DNA from: Sphyrna mokarran
Taxonomy: Eukaryota
Reading direction: 5' to 3'
Assembly (NCBI GenBank): GCA_024679065.1
Contig: JAGIQG010000038.1
Location: forward strand, 8,680,001-8,744,000
Length of the DNA: 64,000 nt
Program-made: the position numbers and the translations under genes
The notes under the pieces: generated by a model
What the model saw: only the letters and a program-made list of their open reading frames with translations
What the model was told of the DNA's origin: nothing
Database searches by the model: none
Part shown: one piece after another, positions 59,254 to 64,000 of the stretch
Numbering within the stretch: the first letter of the stretch is position 1
How the letters are laid out: each line of letters begins with the position of its first letter

Positions 59254-60901
59254 TCATTAAGTGTGTGCCCTCACATAAAGCAGTGTTGCCATGAATTTCT
59301 GACTAGACAAAAGTTTTACCCTTAGCAACACTTACCATTGGAAAATCTTGAGGAAAAGCTTTTGAAAGTACAACCTTCATAACAGAAGATTTGAGCCACA
59401 CTTGCATTAATCAAAACATACAGCTGTTCACAAAACTGGATTCACCAGAAACATCCACCATTGCAGCAGAAAGTTACAGCAACATTTTAAAATAAATGAA
59501 TAAATCACACAAGGCCAAGCCAAAAGTTAGTCAAATTGAAACAGTATTTGAATCATAAATAGCCCAGCATAAACTTGCTATGTCAGCTAAACATTGAACA
59601 AAGCTGAGGAATCATAACCATGTGAATTGCAGAGAATATTCATACAATCTGGTTTGAAGGCTGAAGCAGAGAGGAGCATGCCAAAAGCAAAACAGTTGGA
59701 AATATGAAACAAAAACGGTAGAAAACACAACTGTAGAGATAGAAACAACAAACATTCCAAACTGACTTGAGTGTTTTCCATTTAACACCTTATGTTTAAA
59801 TGTCAAGATAAGGAAGATCAATGTATAAAGAGGCACTACAAGTGTGCAGTACACATAGATCAAAAGTAGCAGCAATTTTCTATATTGCTTGGGAGTTGTT
59901 GAAACAAGTTACGTGCACTTGATAAACTTCAAGCACAGACAACTAAAATAACCAAACTAGGTCATCTCACTGTACATAAACGATTCAGTTCACAAATGAA
60001 ATCTACATGGAGTTCAGCTAATGGCAAGATAATTATATTAGCTATAGATGACTATGACTCACTTACCAAGTTCAACTGCTACATGCTATATTTTAAGAGA
60101 TCAATCATTTGGGTTTAAAAATATTAATACTTTCTTCAAATAGGTCTTTTGATCTTTGCCAAGAGCATATTAAGAACAGACTTGTTATGGTTTATGGCAA
60201 GCACGGCTAAGGAAAAGGCATTTTTAAACAGCCAGCATTTCATTGTGACAGTACTTTGCAAAAAATAAAGACAAAAAGTGAAAAACCCATAACACCGTGT
60301 ACTTTGAAAGGCTGTTGCTAATAACAAAATGTCCTGGTAGCCAGAGTGGCAATCAGAAGGAAGGATAAATAATTGGAGCTTTTTTTAATAGGCTCAAGTA
60401 TGCTAAAAAAAAAATCACATGAGGACAAAATATAATAATCCACAAAAAAAGTTTAAAGACGATTTCGACTTAGATAAAAGACTCCCTGTAAACTATGGCT
60501 ACCACGTAACCTAAAGGCACGTCTGCTCGAAACAACTTTTCGTGGCCTACCTTAGCACATTGAAAAAAAATTGAAGTTACGTGAAAACAGATAACTCGTA
60601 AACATACCCAGGACCTCAAACAGCACATTCGAGTTAAGATCTCGGGCTCTTGGCCTGTTTACTCACCTATCCCCTCCACCATTAAAACTAACCCTGCTGG
60701 GATACCACGAGATTGCTGCTACCCCGTCCCTCTGCGCCCTGCACATTTTTTTTGTCGAACCACCATCTTTAAACGACTTTTACCTGTAAATGTTCACAAT
60801 ATCTGAAATGTAAAGTTTCCCTTTCCCTCACAACGCCAAATTTGCGCCCAGTGCGAGCAGTTTAATGAGCGGATGGAAGCGGATTTTCCACAGACACTTA
60901 C

Positions 60902-60940
60902 TGCCTCAGTTCGTCAAATCCAAGATGGCTGGAGAAAGAG
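60902..60940 (-). other. NACA: NACA non-coding exon 1 with 5'TOP start (CTCTTTCTCC)
   Basis: ctctttctccagccatcttggatttgacgaactgaggca|gtaagt donor at 60901. Confidence 0.8.
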
Positions 60941-61045
60941 ACTGGATTTCTTTCACACAAAATATATTAGAAAGGTCACGCCAATGTTTCCGGATCATTC
61001 GCCCACCCGGAAGTCCCACCCTTATCGCTCGCTGATTGGTTAGAC
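60920..61045 (-). promoter_or_regulatory. NACA TCT/TOP-type core promoter
   Basis: YY1 gccatcttg (60921-60929), TATA-like taatatatttt about 25 nt upstream of the TOP, GABP ccggaagt 61007-61014, CCAAT box (ctgattggt ~61032); CpG-enriched 60450-61150. Confidence 0.75.
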
Positions 61046-61339
61046 TCCCCATTCTTGGCACCTTCTTGTTGCTACTTTGGAATTTGGCGGCGTTCGCTAC
61101 AAATCAACCTGTTTGGACTTTAAGCTGGTGTTGTAGGATTTCTTTGTGTTTTGCCTCAGTCCAACGCCGGCATCTCCATATCATTTCCACATTGGTCTAG
61201 ATATACCGAAAGCTATTGACAATCTGTCATTATTCATATACACCAGTGGTCGTCGCGTGTAAAATAAGATTTCCCCTTTTTTTGGACAGCCAAGTATCTA
61301 ATGTGAAGTAACCCATCGGTGTGTTTAGTTTTTAATGTA

Positions 61340-61962
61340 TTAGTTAGTCACATGCAGGCTTACATTAACACTGCAATGAAGTTAATGTAAAACTGACTCT
61401 CCTGAGTCACCACACTCCGGCTCCTATTCAGGTACATTGCGGGAGAATTTACTGTGGCCAATGCACCTAAGCAGCACGTCTTTCAGACTGTGGGAGGAAA
61501 CTCACGCAAACATGGGAAAAACATGCAGACTCCACAATGACCCAAGCCAGGGATCAAATCTGAATCCGTGGCGCTGTGAGGCAGCAATAATAACCACTGT
61601 TCCACTCTACGATTTTTCAAACCCAAAAATTATTGGGAAATGTTGTATTAGGGCAGCCTGGTGGCACAGCTGTTAGCACAGCTATCTCACAATACCAGAG
61701 ACCTGGGTTCAGTTCACAGTTTGGGTCACTGTCTGTGTGGAATCTGCACATTCTCTCTGTGTCTGTGTGGGTTTCCTGCCAGTTCTCCGGTTCCCTCCCA
61801 AAGCCCAAAAGACATGCTGGTTAGGGTGCATTAGCTATGCTAAATTCTCCCTCAGTGTAGTCAATCAGGCGCCAGAGTGTGGCAACTAGGGGATTTTCAG
61901 AGTACCTTCGTTGCAATGTTAATGTAATCCTACTTGTGACACTAACAAATAAAACTTTAAAC
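61340..61962. mobile_element. Head-to-head pair of tRNA-derived SINEs (61340-61605 minus; 61650-61962 plus)
   Basis: A-box tggcacagctg and B-box ggttcagttc; mirrored bodies and tails (ttgcaatgttaatgtaatcc / ggcttacattaacactgcaa). Confidence 0.8.
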
Positions 61963-62439
61963 TTGATTTATTATTAAATGCTAAAATAATAAAATCCTAA
62001 AGGGTATTGCCAAACTTTAGCATATCTAAGAAGCTGAGGTTGGCTGGCAGAGCCTAGGCTCACCCCAAGTGCTGCTGAAGTTTTAACCAGGTTAAAAAAC
62101 TGCAGTTATTGACAAAGGGTTATCCAGACTCGAAACATTGGCTCTATTCTCTCTCCACGAATGCTGGAGTTTCTCCATCATTTCCTATTTTTGTTTCAGA
62201 TTCCAGCATCCACAGTATGTTGCCCTTAAAAACTGCAGTTTATCAGTTCACAGCACTGATACACTTCTCACTGCTTATAGCCACCCTGGAGTGGTGTTAG
62301 GGCATTGGTGCAGTTATTTGGAGCATCCAGGTCAATTTATTTCCAAGTCAAATAGTCATCAACAGTGCTCAGAAATACTGCGGACCCCATTGGTTCCGGT
62401 ATCAAACTACAGAATCATTGTGCATTAGCGCATTGTCTG

Positions 62440-62635
62440 CACCTGTAAAGACTTGATTACCTGTTAAGAATCGCATTCCAACCATCATCTTGTAATTGAG
62501 TTTGTGTCTATATATGCTCTGTTTGTGAAACAAATCCTGACTCAGCTGATGAAGGGGCAGCGCTGAAAGTTGTACTACCAAATAAACCTGTTGAACTTTA
62601 ACTTGGCACTGTGAGACTATTAACTGTACAGAATC
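62440..62635 (+). mobile_element. Penelope-like terminal repeat with hammerhead-like core
   Basis: CTGATGA-aggggcagcgct-GAAA at 62546-62568 followed by aataaacctgttgaacttt. Confidence 0.6.
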
Positions 62636-63619
62636 TGGCATAGAAAGTTGATTTGGTTTTGAGCTTCCAACAATCACGATGGAATTATTCAGTGACCCAA
62701 TCCAAGTACAATTAATGTATTTTTTTTGAAGAACAATGTTTGTAAGAAATAAAGAATGATAGATCAGTAATTCAATTCTGTGCTAAAATGGTCTGTAATT
62801 TCCCTGGAATTATGTCATTTGCTTTTTAGCAAATTTTATTTTGCATATTTTAGTTGCAAGTTGCAGAGTTGCTTGGTGGAATACTGGACTGGTACCAAAC
62901 AGTAAGGGAGATATGGCTAGAAACACAATAAATCATTGATTATGATAAATGGCGGGACACTCAAGGTCCATAACTTAAATAATTTCCTTGCCCGTGAATC
63001 AACAATCACTGCCTTTCACATTTCCCTCCAGATTTTCTGTTTGCTTGTGAACAATGCCCTTGCCATTCATGACCTTACTGCAGATGACTGCATAGACATT
63101 AACACAGAACTTATTTTCATCCTTTTGCACCTTCTGACAATCACCAATTTACTATACTTCCCAGTCAATTTTAAATAAATAATTTTGTTATGAGCCACCA
63201 TAATGCAATTAAAGATGAAATGGTGTAAAGATCTTTTTCTCTCCTGCACCCAACTGGGATACACTTCCATAAGTCTGGCCATCTTCAGTTAGCTCCCGCC
63301 CCAAGTGGCCTGTCATCCAGTATGACCCAACATAAGTGTTGTCAATCTGTTTCACATTTTGGGAAAGGATGCTATTGCAGCTAATACAATTAATGCCAAT
63401 TTTATACTTGGACTCACACTTACTAGATAAAATCCAATTACTATAGATGTGGAGGTCTCTGAGAAAGGGTCATCCAGATTTGAAACATTAACTCTTCTTG
63501 CCTCACAGATGCTGTCAGACCTGCTGAAACTTTCCAGCATTTTCTGTCACACTTATTAGATATTGGGTTGAAAGAAACCAAATTATTTTCATTTTCTAAT
63601 AGGGAGAGACTCTCATTAC

Positions 63620-63690
63620 TATATTTATGATCTATTTATGATATTTATGATCTATTTATATCTATGATATTTATGGTATATTTATGATCA
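63620..63690. repeat. AT-rich minisatellite (tatttatga(tc))n
   Basis: Imperfect 9-11 bp units seen directly. Confidence 0.8.
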
Positions 63691-64000
63691 AAACACATAC
63701 ATCAGTAGTGTGGGAAGCCACCATTGCAGATATGTCTGTCATTCACATCTTCCAACAAAATGCAGCATGGACCAGAATGGGGGATCTGTGAAAATAACAA
63801 GTTTCAATTTTATTAAGGCTATTGTCAGTGTTTACAATACTGTCACCAGGTGGGAAAGGGAACACTTCCCCACTTGGTGGTTTAATTACTTGAATATGCA
63901 TCATGTGAATGTATTTTTCTTCCCGGCTGTTCTCCAGATGGTATGCTATGTAAACACTCTGGAGTCTGGGAGCTCCCATATCACATTAGAATTTGAGCTA

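Noticed and set aside
62940-63979. Coding-looking minus-strand stretches (e.g. ORF 63743..63979; KVQKDENKFCVNVYAV...) considered as the PRIM1 3' end or a transposase
   Set aside because: No recognisable PRIM1 C-terminus, frequent stops and no convincing splice sites or motifs.

Overview
Eukaryotic (vertebrate) genomic DNA, most likely a cartilaginous fish (shark); the taxon is inferred from the repeat content only. Two intron-containing genes lie on the minus strand in the same order as on human chr12. PTGES3 (p23 co-chaperone) has exons 1-6 here, with its start codon split AT|G by a 15.7-kb intron; the last exons fall left of the window. NACA is complete: 7 coding exons, 648 nt, 215 aa, driven by a 5'TOP/TCT promoter. 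NACA intron 2 holds the most interesting material. (1) A 2142-nt phase-1/phase-1 skNAC-like giant exon ends in a DDEMPPLIS variant of the SMYD1-binding motif. (2) This exon carries an in-frame TGA caused by compensating +1/-1 indels in a 30-bp tandem repeat. (3) There is also a 90-nt cassette exon, and a candidate 23+168+28-nt exon chain that keeps the frame only if all three are included. (4) RBFOX/QKI-type motifs cluster downstream of the cassette exons. The rest is decayed CR1, Rex1/Babar and Penelope-like retroelements (the last with minimal hammerhead-ribozyme relics), SINEs and a few MITE/LTR candidates. Most short ORFs in the supplied track are noise or TE debris. Repeat boundaries are approximate, and nothing was checked against a database.
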